From Paramoeba atlantica (taxonomy: Eukaryota > Protista > Discosea): a stretch of DNA of 64,000 bases. Below are positions 1 through 10,092 of this stretch, in pieces. The stretch's first letter is position 1. Each line of letters begins with the position of its first letter. The notes beneath the pieces were generated by a model, which saw nothing but the letters and a program-made list of their open reading frames with translations, had not been told where the DNA came from and made no database searches. The position numbers and the translations under genes are program-made. Location: contig CDRNVI010000040.1 in NCBI GenBank assembly GCA_977017575.1, forward strand, positions 124,001 through 188,000, written 5' to 3'.

Positions 1-35
1 TCCTGGAGACTCTGCCTCTCGCTACCTCGACGCGC

Positions 36-692
36 ATGGGGTGCGCAGGGGCATTGAGGACTCTGTTCGAGCTCATGGGAATCGAAGGTACCCCATTGAG
101 TCTCTACGTAAAGGCCCTGCAAGCGCAGGGGGGGCTAGAACCCACGCGGCAGATGCTACCAATCACGCTACTTCTTCTAAAGAAGCTGAGACGTCATCTC
201 GACGTAAAGGAGAGCATGTGTTGCCTCCTGTGTTGGAAAGCCGCTGCGAGATGGACCGAGACCGCCGACCTGAGGCGGGAGCAGTTCGTGAGGTGTGGCC
301 AGTCACGAGGTAATCATTTATTGGGGCAGGGGGACCAAGACAACCCGTCTGAATCCTTACCGGCCGTACCTCTACGCGATAGTGACTGGACCGGGGACAC
401 CCGAACTGGCTCAGTTTGTGGGAAGTTTGAGACCAGGCCAGCGCCTGTGTTACACGACGGTCCGGGAGATGGACCACAGGATGAATCAACTTATGGAACA
501 CATTCCATAAAAAGAGGTGCAATTACTTACCTATTCCACGAGATCTCCCTCGGGAATCTCAGGATGGAGGACGTCCAGAACCTCACTAAACACCTCAACG
601 TCGAATCACTGTTGCGCTACAACGCAAGCAGTATTACAACGGCAAGGGCTCTCGGGACGCAGAGAGTCTCAGCACGTCTCCCAGTGCTGTAA
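36..692 (+). CDS. Tyrosine recombinase of YR retrotransposon 1 (probably 5'-truncated by the window edge)
   Basis: HSIKRGA (HxxR) motif, then KHLNVESLLRY with the putative catalytic Tyr; lies directly upstream of an RT-RNase H ORF. Confidence 0.75.
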   Translation: MGCAGALRTLFELMGIEGTPLSLYVKALQAQGGLEPTRQMLPITLLLLKKLRRHLDVKESMCCLLCWKAAARWTETADLRREQFVRCGQSRGNHLLGQGDQDNPSESLPAVPLRDSDWTGDTRTGSVCGKFETRPAPVLHDGPGDGPQDESTYGTHSIKRGAITYLFHEISLGNLRMEDVQNLTKHLNVESLLRYNASSITTARALGTQRVSARLPVL

Positions 693-703
693 CCTCGGAG
701 CAC

Positions 704-2377
704 GTGGCAAAGTGCTTCGAGGAAGTGCCTTACCTTCGCAGGCACTCCGTTGTTTGTGCACGCCGCTCTTCACGGCTAGCCAAGGCACACGACGCTCACC
801 TACCTTTGCACGTTAAGAAGTCGATACCTGTTATCCATTTGGATCAGGTTAAGGAGTGGATGAGTATGCCAGCTGCCACTCGTTTTCGCAAGGTAGTGGA
901 TGAATTATTATGGGTACCTAAAGCCCCGTACCCCGAACCTAGTGTGAAAGGTTCATTGCCTGAGGCGGACGTCCGATTGTTGGAGGACGCAGGCATAATC
1001 TCTAAGGTCCCGGCGCAGGAGTTGAGAAAGCGCCCATCGATGCAGTTCATGATTCCCTTCACGGTTGTGGAGACCGATGATGAGGGCAATCAGCGCAGAA
1101 GATTTATTTCATGGACAAGGGACGATAACGATAGATTAAAATCATATGAACCAAAGGTCCCATTATATCATCCCTCCAAGTATCTTCATAAGGCGCACGA
1201 GCCGATGGCTGTGAAGCGGGACTTCACATGCGGGTTTTACCAGATTGGTATCCCGAAGAGGGCGCGGCCCAAATTCCGCCTTAGAACGACCAGTGGAGAC
1301 GTGTATGAGATGAACGTCCTCTCGATGGGCCATAGGTGTGCACCGGAGGTTATGCACACGGTTACCGCCGCGATTGCTGGCGAGGCGTCGATTTGTTCTC
1401 AGCGCTACTCGTTTCACCGAGGCGCTATCGACGTTTATGTTGACGGAGTTCGGTTTGCAGGAACCGACTCCGAGGCCACCACGTACGCTCAGTTCATTGA
1501 CGAGCGTTGCGACAAGGCGAACGGTCTTTTCAAAGATCGGGGTCAGCCCCCTGTAGCACAGTACGTGTTCAATGGGGTGGCGTTCGACCATAACGCGCAT
1601 ACGGTCTGCCTGGGGCCGCGAGTGATCAGGAAACTGCGAGCCGACTCTTTCTTCAACATTTCCTTTGTTGACCTAGAGGCGGTGGTGGGGCGCCTCATTT
1701 ATGGCTCCGCAGTTCTCCGACTCAATATGCCGCGATTTTATTTCGCTTTGAAGGTGGCGCAACGGCGTATCAACTTGTTGAACCGTTGCCCGAAGTTATG
1801 TGACCGTCCGATCGCACTCCCTGTCGTCACTCGCTCCATGCTAGCAGAGTGGAGAAACGAGTTGTTGGAGAATGTTCCACGGTCTCCACCTCCCCATCCC
1901 GATGTTGTTCCACACAAGCATCGTCTCTACACCGATGCCTCGGTGAAAGGGTGGGGAGCGATTATGTATTTAGACAGCGGAGAGGTTTTGATTACGGGAG
2001 AGGCGTGGCCTGAGTCATCCTCGTATGAGGTGAATCGTGCGGAAGCTGCAGCAGTCCGCTTAGCCCTCGAGAAGTTTTCCGCGCATTGCCCCCGTGGAAC
2101 CTGCTTGGATGTCTTTGTTGACAACACCTCCTGTCAGGCTGCACTGAACAGGAGGGTCTCCAAGTCAAAGGGGGTTTCAATGGAATTGCGCGAAGTCCTG
2201 CGACTGACAGAGGACAAAGGTATTTGTGTCAAGGCAGCGTATATATCCACGGATGAGAACCCGGCGGATGCTGTCAGTCGCGGGAAGGAGATTGAGATGG
2301 AGAAGGTCAAGAGATATGAAGGTAAGATCGAGAGAGACATTAGTGATGTAGGCAGTCATATTCAGAGAAAACCCTAA
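704..2377 (+). CDS. Reverse transcriptase-RNase H of a DIRS/VIPER/TATE-like retrotransposon
   Basis: RT motifs (DFTCGFYQI, LSMG, VYVDG) and RNase H motifs (LYTDAS, RAEAAA, VFVDN, NPADAVSR). Confidence 0.9.
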   Translation: MAKCFEEVPYLRRHSVVCARRSSRLAKAHDAHLPLHVKKSIPVIHLDQVKEWMSMPAATRFRKVVDELLWVPKAPYPEPSVKGSLPEADVRLLEDAGIISKVPAQELRKRPSMQFMIPFTVVETDDEGNQRRRFISWTRDDNDRLKSYEPKVPLYHPSKYLHKAHEPMAVKRDFTCGFYQIGIPKRARPKFRLRTTSGDVYEMNVLSMGHRCAPEVMHTVTAAIAGEASICSQRYSFHRGAIDVYVDGVRFAGTDSEATTYAQFIDERCDKANGLFKDRGQPPVAQYVFNGVAFDHNAHTVCLGPRVIRKLRADSFFNISFVDLEAVVGRLIYGSAVLRLNMPRFYFALKVAQRRINLLNRCPKLCDRPIALPVVTRSMLAEWRNELLENVPRSPPPHPDVVPHKHRLYTDASVKGWGAIMYLDSGEVLITGEAWPESSSYEVNRAEAAAVRLALEKFSAHCPRGTCLDVFVDNTSCQAALNRRVSKSKGVSMELREVLRLTEDKGICVKAAYISTDENPADAVSRGKEIEMEKVKRYEGKIERDISDVGSHIQRKP

Positions 2378-2885
2378 GGGACAGGATCACCAAATACAAA
2401 AAAAAAGACAAGAAAAAAAACAAAGACAAAAAAACAAAGACAAAAAAAAAGCGGTCCTGGGGTTTGGAGGTTGTCCCTATAATTTCGGAAGGTTATGGAT
2501 GTTAATCGGTTAACAGCTCTTTATTCTCACGCCTTGTTTTTTCGGAAGCAAGGTTCCCCAATGTGAGGTAGAGATGAGTAAAGGTTTCCTTTGCTCTGCG
2601 GTTAGCGCCTTAATGTTTTTTAGCCGCGTCACTGTTGACACGGCCCTACGCATCACGCCTAGTTGCTCCACACTTCTAGGTACACAAGTTGGTCTAGGGC
2701 AGAGGTTAAAAGCGTAACCTGCGTAGCTCGTGTGAGCTTGTAAAGGGCGTGGCAGTGGACTGGTCATCTATTGCTATCGTTATCCTTTTGTGAGTTCTGG
2801 GATGGTATATGAAAAATTATTTTACTATGTGATTGGGCATTTCTTTGGTTATTTATATTGATTGTGTGACGTGTGTGTGGGCAGG

Positions 2886-3555
2886 TTGGCCGAGGGTTCC
2901 GGTGGGGGGGAATCCCGTTAACAACGTGACACATGATTATTGGTTTTATGCAGGCTTTCTTTTGAACTATGTTTGTGCATGTGAATTCTATCTATATATC
3001 GTATTATGTGTTCTTTGATTTTGGGACGATTTGGAAGTGTGATTATATTAGCCATAGGTATTTACTTATATTTGTTTGTTACTTATAAGTTTCATGGAGC
3101 CCCCTCGGCGTGGATTTCTAATAGTCCACGTTTTGAAATTTAGCCGAGGGGCTGTTATGTATTTGCCTGCTGGCCCTTCGGGGCACATAGTTTCTTCGAA
3201 TTATGATTTGTATTCAGAATTTTACATGGGATGGGTATTTACTATTATCTTATATATCCTTGTTAGGTTGTTATTTTACTTCGCTTTAAGTTTTTGTGCC
3301 CACCCACCAAGCCCCCAGCCATTTGGCCGAGGGTTCCGGTGGGGGGGAATACATTAACAACGTGACACATGATTATTGGTTTTATGCAGGCTTTCTTTTG
3401 AACTATGTTTGTGCATGTGAATTCTATCTATATATCGTATTATGTGTTCTTTGATTTTGGGACGATTTGGAAGTGTGATTATATTAGTCATAGGTATTTA
3501 CTTATATTTGTTTGTTACCTATATGTTTCATGGAGCCCCCTCGGCGTGGATTTCT
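2886..3555. repeat. Tandem ~437-bp AT-rich repeat (one full unit plus a ~233-bp second copy); third partial copy at 5240-5389
   Basis: 2886-3119 is nearly identical to 3323-3555; about 150 bp recur at 5240-5389; all copies share ...GGAGCCCCCTCGGCGTGGATTTCT. Confidence 0.95.
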
Positions 3556-4712
3556 GAACTCATTGTCACGTCGTCCTGATATGCTCTTATCTTGACTTCC
3601 GGGTAAAGACTGGCGATTTCCTTCAAAGGACCCTGCAGTAACGCACAAAAGTAGAGCGAGGATAGGGCGGACCCTTGTCTGAACCCACATGAACTTTCAA
3701 TCACGGAGTGTAACGAATTGTTTGCGAAGAAAAGGAAATCTGAAGGCTTGCCGTATTCTAGGTAAAACATTCTCATGAAAGGTTTGAAGATCGAAGGCTG
3801 TTGTAGTAGGGCTTGAGCAATTGCGGTACGATGCGGTGTTTTGTAGGCATTCTTAAAATCCACTGTGAGAATCGTGTAGCCGGTGTCGTGTTCGTCCAAA
3901 AGCTCATGAACTATTGATTCACACGCATTCCGTTGAAGAATACCTCGCTGCACTGGCTGGCAAAATTTCTCCACTGTATTGTTGTGTCGCATTAAAAGAA
4001 TCGTTCCGCAGATCTTGAGGATAGTGTCTCCCATTGCCACTGGTCGTATCCCGTTTTGAGGTTTTGCTAACGCGATGATCCTGCAGCGAGTTAGTCGTTG
4101 ACGAACGTTTTCTGCGAGATCTCCGTTGATGACGTCGCGGAACATGTGACAGAGTGCGAGACACGATTCCTCATCCTCTACCAGAAGTCTCATCATGTTT
4201 TCACTGAATCCTGTGGGCCCTGGCGATGCTCCTTTTGACAGCCTCGCCGTCGCTTGACGCACCTCCGATTGATCAACTACCCCGATTCGAGGGAAGTCTC
4301 CATCGATGTTTTGTGGTAAGGGACCTTTGGGGTGAAGGTCGCTAAGCTTGTTCGACTTCTCATCAGCACTGAGGGATGAATCTTTGTATATATTGTCTAG
4401 AAATGGCGTTTGTGACTCCATGGATTGTAGGGGGCGTCGTCGACGTCGCTTGACAGTGACTTTACGAATCGTGGTTAACGAGTATTTCATGGCGGAAAAG
4501 AGCTTGTGCCAAATTCGGTGGCGTTGGGGATACGCGCTATCGGCATAGTCACGTACTATATCTCTATAGATTGCGATCACGCAAGGGATAAACTCCGGTG
4601 CAACTGTGCGCAGAGTTGGCATTGGCTCCAGGTCCAAATCGTCTTCTGTGTGTCGGCATTTGACAGTTTGTGTGGTATGGGCCGTATCTTGTTGCACGCT
4701 GGCGTCCCACAT
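3556..4712 (-). pseudogene. CRE/SLACS-clade non-LTR retrotransposon RT, 3'-truncated just after YQDD
   Basis: KGASPGPTGF, IALAKPQNGIRPVAMG, TVDFKNAY, GFRQGSALS, AYQDD; the ORF runs into the repeat at 3555. Confidence 0.85.
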
Positions 4713-4976
4713 CAGTTTGAAAACACAAACGTTGGCTTGCGGACGGATATGTCATTTTAGATGAGGGCTAAGTATATATGATTTGCTTTGAAAATACTTT
4801 GTCTGAGGACCATAAAACCGCGATAGTGTCGCCAACCTGACTCTCGGCCACAACCCGTCCGAGTACTCCCGTGTATTCCATAGCCAGATTTCTGATATTA
4901 TCTCGTGAAATTCACGTCTGCTCTCCTCCCTGCAGCATATCAGTAATCTGGTATATATAAAGTCAACAAGGTACCC

Positions 4977-5018
4977 TAGGCATCATATCTCCGAGGAGAT
5001 GTTACCTCCCTAGAACAA
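4977..5018. repeat. 42-bp direct repeat, second copy at 7527-7568
   Basis: TAGGCATCATATCTCCGAGGAGATGTTACCTCCCTAGAACAA; 40/42 identical to 7527-7568. Confidence 0.95.
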
Positions 5019-5200
5019 TGAGGTCCTCTTGACCAGTTGATAATGCCAATAAGAAAGCTGAAAGCTCTGCTCGTATTGGTGTTGCGTTAATAGAGTCCAA
5101 CGTTTTGTCGTTAGTCGCTAGAATCTCGTTTCCTTCGAAGGCACATGCCCCTGCGAATATACTGTTCGAAAGCTTTCTCACTGAACCATCACAATATATA
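5010..5200 (-). pseudogene. RNase H fragment
   Basis: Manual translation IYCDGSVRK...PIRAELSAFLLALS...DLIVLG matches the first two acidic motifs of RNase H. Confidence 0.65.
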
Positions 5201-5222
5201 TATGAAGCAAGTTGTTATGGGG

Positions 5223-5241
5223 CAACAAGGTACAGAAACTG
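5223..5241 (-). other. Spliced-leader-like 3' fragment CAGTTTCTGTACCTTGTTG
   Basis: Contains the conserved kinetoplastid SL core CAGTTTCTGTAC; identical 19-mer at 34102-34120; its last 11 nt recur at 4964-4974 (-). Confidence 0.7.
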
Positions 5242-5389
5242 TTTATGCGTGTGAATTCTATCTATATATCGTATTATGTGTTCTTTGATTTTGGGACGAT
5301 TTGGAAGTGTGATTATATTAGTCATAGGTATTTACTTATATTTGTTTGTTACCTATATGTTTCATGGAGCCCCCTCGGCGTGGATTTCT

Positions 5390-5980
5390 ATCGCAAATGG
5401 GAAGTTGATAAAACCAATGACGAAGGTCTCCTGTCACATAATAGGCCTCTCCGAGGCATAAAAGTTCTTTCCTTATGTCCTCTGGGGAAGGAAGTTCGAT
5501 GTGCGGAGGTTCGTTAACAAGTCGACTCGCCTCCTTGGCATTAATAATGAGCCGAGCAACAGTTCTATTTTTCAGTGTTTTGAAGGCTCTCGCCCAACTA
5601 GTTACGCTTTTTCTATCGATATCGCGCAGAGTTCCACATTTCTTAATTTGACTAATATCTAGTGTAGACAAGGCGAACGTCTTATCAAAATGGCACTTTC
5701 TTGCTTCCGGTTGGAGCACGGAATTGAAGACCTCATCTCGTGAAAGTATGTCTGTGGCTTCTGTGAGCCAGTGTATATTCATCGAGCTCGACCATACTCT
5801 CAGTCGTCCAAGGAGAACACAACCAGCAACACTTATCGGATCGAGCGGCAATTCGGTGTGTGATGTGCCGATTCGTATATCGAATTCCTCTAAAGTACGG
5901 TGGTATAAGCCTGTCGATGTGTTTAAATGGTCACCTCGCCGTTGCTCTACGTACTCCATGTCGCCTGTCATACTACACAT
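5390..5980 (-). pseudogene. N-terminal RT fragment of YR retrotransposon 2
   Basis: RLIINAK...YVTGDLRHWFYQLPI (DIRS/VIPER-type RT); truncated by the repeat at 5389. Confidence 0.75.
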
Positions 5981-6184
5981 GAAGGAATACTGTAATGTGG
6001 GAGACTACTATTCTATCATGTCAGTTGTATCATCAACTTCTAACTTTTTTGTAGAATTTGGGACCTCTCATACGTGTAGATACTACTTACTCACATACAC
6101 TAGAGATATCACATATCACTAGAGGTATCGGCGAGAACATTTCCTTAAATTACTTTTACTAATGTTATGGCATGTTCGGCCCTC

Positions 6185-6865
6185 TTATTGGTTATGTTGA
6201 TTGGGGTGTCGGCTGTAATGTTGTTCGGCAGTTGCGCTTCGCCATCGTCCCAAGGATTTCCTTTCTCCGGGTTCAACACCCCTCAACTTTAGGTCAGTCG
6301 CCTTACCATGCCTCAGTGAATGCATGGACCAAATTCTTTTTGGATCCCATTTGTATTCGATGGCAGCGTCATTTATTATGTTGTTCGCTTCCCTGGCGCT
6401 CCAGTTTGGAAAGATTAACTCATCTGGACATCCCTTCTTTAAGATCATCCACATTCTCTCGATCTTGGCGTCTGTATCTCGCAAATACACTTTTATCTCA
6501 TTTTCCCTTCTCCCTTTCCCTCCAACGGCTCGAACGTACCACCGTCCGTTCTCCGTTCTTATCAGATGTTCCTTTCGAAGCGTCCTGATCTCTGAACTCC
6601 TGAGAAGGCCTTCGAAACCCAGTTTCACTGCTCCCGCGTAGATTCCCCTTCTTTGTTCCACGCATGTGAGAAGTAACTCCTGCAATTTCTGACCAAAAAT
6701 CGGGCCTTGTGTTCCTGCTTCTTCTGAGTTGGTATTATACTTGCTCTTTGTGATGCATTTCACGTCGCTCGCATTCACTGATGAGCCCTCGGAACGCAAT
6801 TCTGAATTTACTATCCTGAGTCCACCTTTCGGACTCCGGCAAATCCAGAGTTTGTCGGTGAACAA
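6185..6865 (-). CDS. Tyrosine recombinase catalytic domain of YR retrotransposon 2
   Basis: GLLRSSE, KGR, HSLRHG, LGRW...HY give the R-K-H-R-H/W-Y residues. Confidence 0.9.
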   Translation of the reverse strand: MFTDKLWICRSPKGGLRIVNSELRSEGSSVNASDVKCITKSKYNTNSEEAGTQGPIFGQKLQELLLTCVEQRRGIYAGAVKLGFEGLLRSSEIRTLRKEHLIRTENGRWYVRAVGGKGRRENEIKVYLRDTDAKIERMWMILKKGCPDELIFPNWSAREANNIINDAAIEYKWDPKRIWSMHSLRHGKATDLKLRGVEPGERKSLGRWRSATAEQHYSRHPNQHNQ

Positions 6866-7124
6866 GGGCCGATCTCATCTTTTCAAGTCTAGAGGGACTA
6901 TAGTGCTCAGCAATAATTGCCAGTACATCAATAAACCTAGACATTGCGATTTCAGATACGTGTTCTATGCTAAGCAGATGCATCAGGATGCGCCAGTCCC
7001 TAGTTCGTTCCCGAGCCGTGGAAGCTTTCACAGCCGCGTCTGTAAGTTGCTCTATTCTGTAAGAGTTTTTGTTTGCTTGTTGAAGCTCGTCCCGGACCCT
7101 TTTCAAGGAGACTTTTTTAAGCAT
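6735..7124 (-). CDS. ORF overlapping the YR; probable YR N-terminal core-binding domain in another frame
   Basis: Helical 129-aa ORF immediately upstream of and overlapping the YR catalytic ORF. Confidence 0.5.
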   Translation of the reverse strand: MLKKVSLKRVRDELQQANKNSYRIEQLTDAAVKASTARERTRDWRILMHLLSIEHVSEIAMSRFIDVLAIIAEHYSPSRLEKMRSALVHRQTLDLPESERWTQDSKFRIAFRGLISECERREMHHKEQV

Positions 7125-7279
7125 TCAACTTTTATGTTAGTTAAATCAGTTTTAAAGTAATGTGATGTAGAGGGACAGAAAGGTACAGAAAATTAATTTC
7201 GTGTGACTTTATACTGGTCTTCTCGACTTCTGCTTCTGCTTCTCCCTTACATCTTCCACCGTCGTTCTCCTTAGTCTAG

Positions 7280-7513
7280 TCAATTCTTGGGGCATTTCGC
7301 GTCACCCCCCTTGTGTCCAACGTTGCCTCTGCACTTGAAGCAATACGTCAGCGCACGACACTCGCGTGCGACATGTCCTAACCGATTACAGTTAGAACAT
7401 TTCGAAGGCTGGCGATTAAGGAAAGACATGTGACTTTCTTTTCGTGAGCCTGACATGCTTCCATCCCAATTTTGTTGATGCATGACACTTCCTTTCGCTC
7501 TTTCCGCGGTCAT
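7280..7513 (-). CDS. Gag-like zinc-knuckle ORF
   Basis: CSNCNRLGHVAREC and CFKCRGNVGHKGGDAKC (CCHC knuckles). Confidence 0.75.
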   Translation of the reverse strand: MTAERAKGSVMHQQNWDGSMSGSRKESHMSFLNRQPSKCSNCNRLGHVARECRALTYCFKCRGNVGHKGGDAKCPKN

Positions 7514-7759
7514 GATTTTGATTTTTTAGGCATTATATCTCCGAGGAAATGTTACCTCCCTAGAACAAGCCCCCCTTATCGCTTGCTAGGAGCTGTGCCA
7601 CGCAGCACGCAGGTCAAATCCGAAGATTTGACCAGATCGAGCGCGAGCAGCCAGCTTATCTTTTTTTTAACCCCTTTTATATACTACAAGAAAATCTTCT
7701 TTATGAAAAAAACACTTCTTTTGAAGTGAAAAAACACAACACACTCTAAAGATTATGCT

Positions 7760-8010
7760 GAATGACACCCACCCTAGTTCCTTAGTACCTTGTTATATCC
7801 GGTACCGGGCGGTGTCATTCTCACGCTGCGATGTCTGGGTGACCGTTACCCTAGTTATTTTGTGCCTTGTTTTGCTGGCACCGGGTAGCGTCATCCGCGG
7901 GACCTTGATTGTACCCACCCTAGGTATGTAGCGTCTTGTTGTGCGACGCCGGGTGAGTGAGCTAGGGAAGCTGGGGTCGCTACGCCCCATCATTCGACAA
8001 AAGTCGAATG
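7760..8010 (-). repeat. Three bulged-hairpin units plus a two-hairpin leader; candidate structured RNA
   Basis: Units at 7760-7820, 7847-7887 and 7916-7955; homologous to 14074-14373. Confidence 0.8.
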
Positions 8011-8152
8011 CCCTGACATACGGGGGGAGATACGCTCTCCTGTCCAGTAATGATGGATTGTTGTTGAGTGCATTTATATTTCCGCGGTCATGCGCAACCG
8101 CTGCGTTGTTAACATCATTTTTGCCTTTTTAGCAACCGCATTGCGTACAATA

Positions 8153-8584
8153 TTAGCGGTATCGTTGTCTCCCATGAGGTTTTGATGGCTTCCCCGTTCC
8201 GTTCATCACCCTTCCCGCTACCTTGCTCAGTAGCTTCCATACCATTTGATGAACACCTCGTGTCAACCATTTTGCGTTCAGCAATCCCGCTCCGCCGACA
8301 GCGTGTTCTTCCAATAAAGCTTCCTCCCCTACTTCCAGAGAGTCAGCAATCGCCCTTTTCATTCCCAAACTTTGTCGGGTGGCGATAACCCCTGGTGGTG
8401 CTATCGAGTCAATGAACGTCTGAGAGAGTTTAGGTGCCGCGTAGTTTCCGATGAGAGCGAAGAGTACACCCTCCTCTGACGAGTTTGTCTCATGCATCTT
8501 CGGTTTCGCTTCTTCGTCCGCGCGATCAACCTCTATCTTATTGAGCGCGTTTCGCGCAATTTCGAGAAGGAGCTTTCCCGTCAC
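8153..8584 (-). CDS. Hypothetical ORF (probably element-borne relic)
   Basis: 143-aa frame with no recognised motif. Confidence 0.3.
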   Translation of the reverse strand: MTGKLLLEIARNALNKIEVDRADEEAKPKMHETNSSEEGVLFALIGNYAAPKLSQTFIDSIAPPGVIATRQSLGMKRAIADSLEVGEEALLEEHAVGGAGLLNAKWLTRGVHQMVWKLLSKVAGRVMNGTGKPSKPHGRQRYR

Positions 8585-9140
8585 CTTTTTGTCATCCTAT
8601 TTGCCGTCTTCAACTAGACTAGCAACATCCAGTTTTTCAGCATCGGGAATGGTTTCTCCCACAGCTTTGAGCACGGAGAGAGTGAAGAAATGTCGCTTTG
8701 GCCAATTGTTATGTAAAGCAATGAAAAGGGGTGTCCACTTTTCTTTTCTATAATATTAAGTAGAACGTACTTTTCGAGAACCTTGTACTCGCCCTCGATG
8801 CAGTTGAGTATAGCGATGTCCGTCTCCGAGTCTGACATATAGTATGTAAATTGTACGCAACCGTTTGATATCACCTATAAAATTATGTAGGCTACACGTT
8901 TTCTCATATTGCGGTGGATCATATTCATATTGGCACATTTCATCACACTCGTATTTCTACATTGCATTAGTAGATGATGAAGGACTCTCCCACAGTGTCA
9001 AGCCAAGAAGTTAGCTTCTAGTCTTCAGAGCTGAGCCTAGAAGCATTTCTTGTCTCTCCACCGGGGCGAGATCAAAGTGCCGCAATTACCATCTAAAGGA
9101 TTTCTCATGTTTCGGTAATCACTTCGAAAAAAAACAAGAA

Positions 9141-10092
9141 ATGCTTCTGTCTGGTCTATCAAAATTCATTTCAGCATCTATACAATGTTGTCGGAATCCC
9201 ATCTTATGCAGTCGCATGGGTGGAATGATAACGGTACAGTCTTCGTCAGTAGTAGGGGTTATGAACCGATGGGGAGTAAGGATAAACACAAGGAAAACTA
9301 AAACACAGGTAATTCAACCTTGCAAAGCTGAAAAGTATTACACATCCGAGATAAAAGCACAAGAAGAAACTATTGAACAAGTACGGAACTTCTCATACCT
9401 TGGAACAGTTATCAGTGAAGATGCTTCATTGGAAGAATAAATAGAAAACAGAATAGGAAGAGCTTGCGCAGGTATGAGAAAATTTAGAGACTTGTGGAAA
9501 GACAAGGCTATCACAAGGAAAACGAAAAGACATCCTAGAAGTCTGTATAGTACCAATTCTACTATATGCGAGCTCAACGTGGGCGCTTACACCAACCCAG
9601 CATCTGAAACTCAACCGCGCCTAGATAAGATACATCAAAACATCTTTCGGCATACCATGGGTCAAGAACGACAATAGCGACTCCAATGATAAACAACACC
9701 AAGAATCTGCGAAGGATGCAATAAGATATACCTCCCAGAAGGAATGCCTATCGATCGCAGGAATGGACCCACTCCAGCCATAAATAGATGCCCGAAGTTT
9801 ACTGTTTGCTGGACACGTCGCAAGAATGGGTCCAGATAGGTTCCCGAACAGAGTGCTATTCGGCAAATTTCGATCAACTCAAAATAGAGGAAATACATAT
9901 AAACGAAGCCTGCCATGCTATAGTAGAAGCCTTGTAGCTGCACTGGAAAGAGTTGGGATAACAACAGATTGCTCATGGAAACTGAAAGCCCAGAATAAAA
10001 AAAGTTGGATAAAGACAATAGATGAATATAGAAAGAGCACGAAAACCCAAACGTTAAACAGAGGTACTAAAAAATCATTCCCAAGGAACTAA
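9141..10092 (+). pseudogene. RTE-clade LINE, C-terminal RT region, frameshifted
   Basis: GVRINTRKTK, FSYLGTVIS, RIGRACAG, LLFAGHVARM...PNRVLFG, W..KAQNKKSW. Confidence 0.8.

Larger units (their letters stand above)
1..2450 (+). mobile_element. YR retrotransposon 1, order YR then RT/RH (VIPER/TATE-like), followed by an A-rich tract
   Basis: Domain order; A-rich tract at about 2398-2450. Confidence 0.8.
4977..7568 (-). mobile_element. YR retrotransposon 2 (gag-ZF, YR, RT, RH), rearranged, bracketed by 42-bp direct repeats
   Basis: Domain order and terminal repeat. Confidence 0.7.

Noticed and set aside
7785-7795. GTACCTTGTT match between the hairpin unit and the SL-like 3' end
   Set aside because: It is only 10 nt, and this position varies between units as part of the stem.
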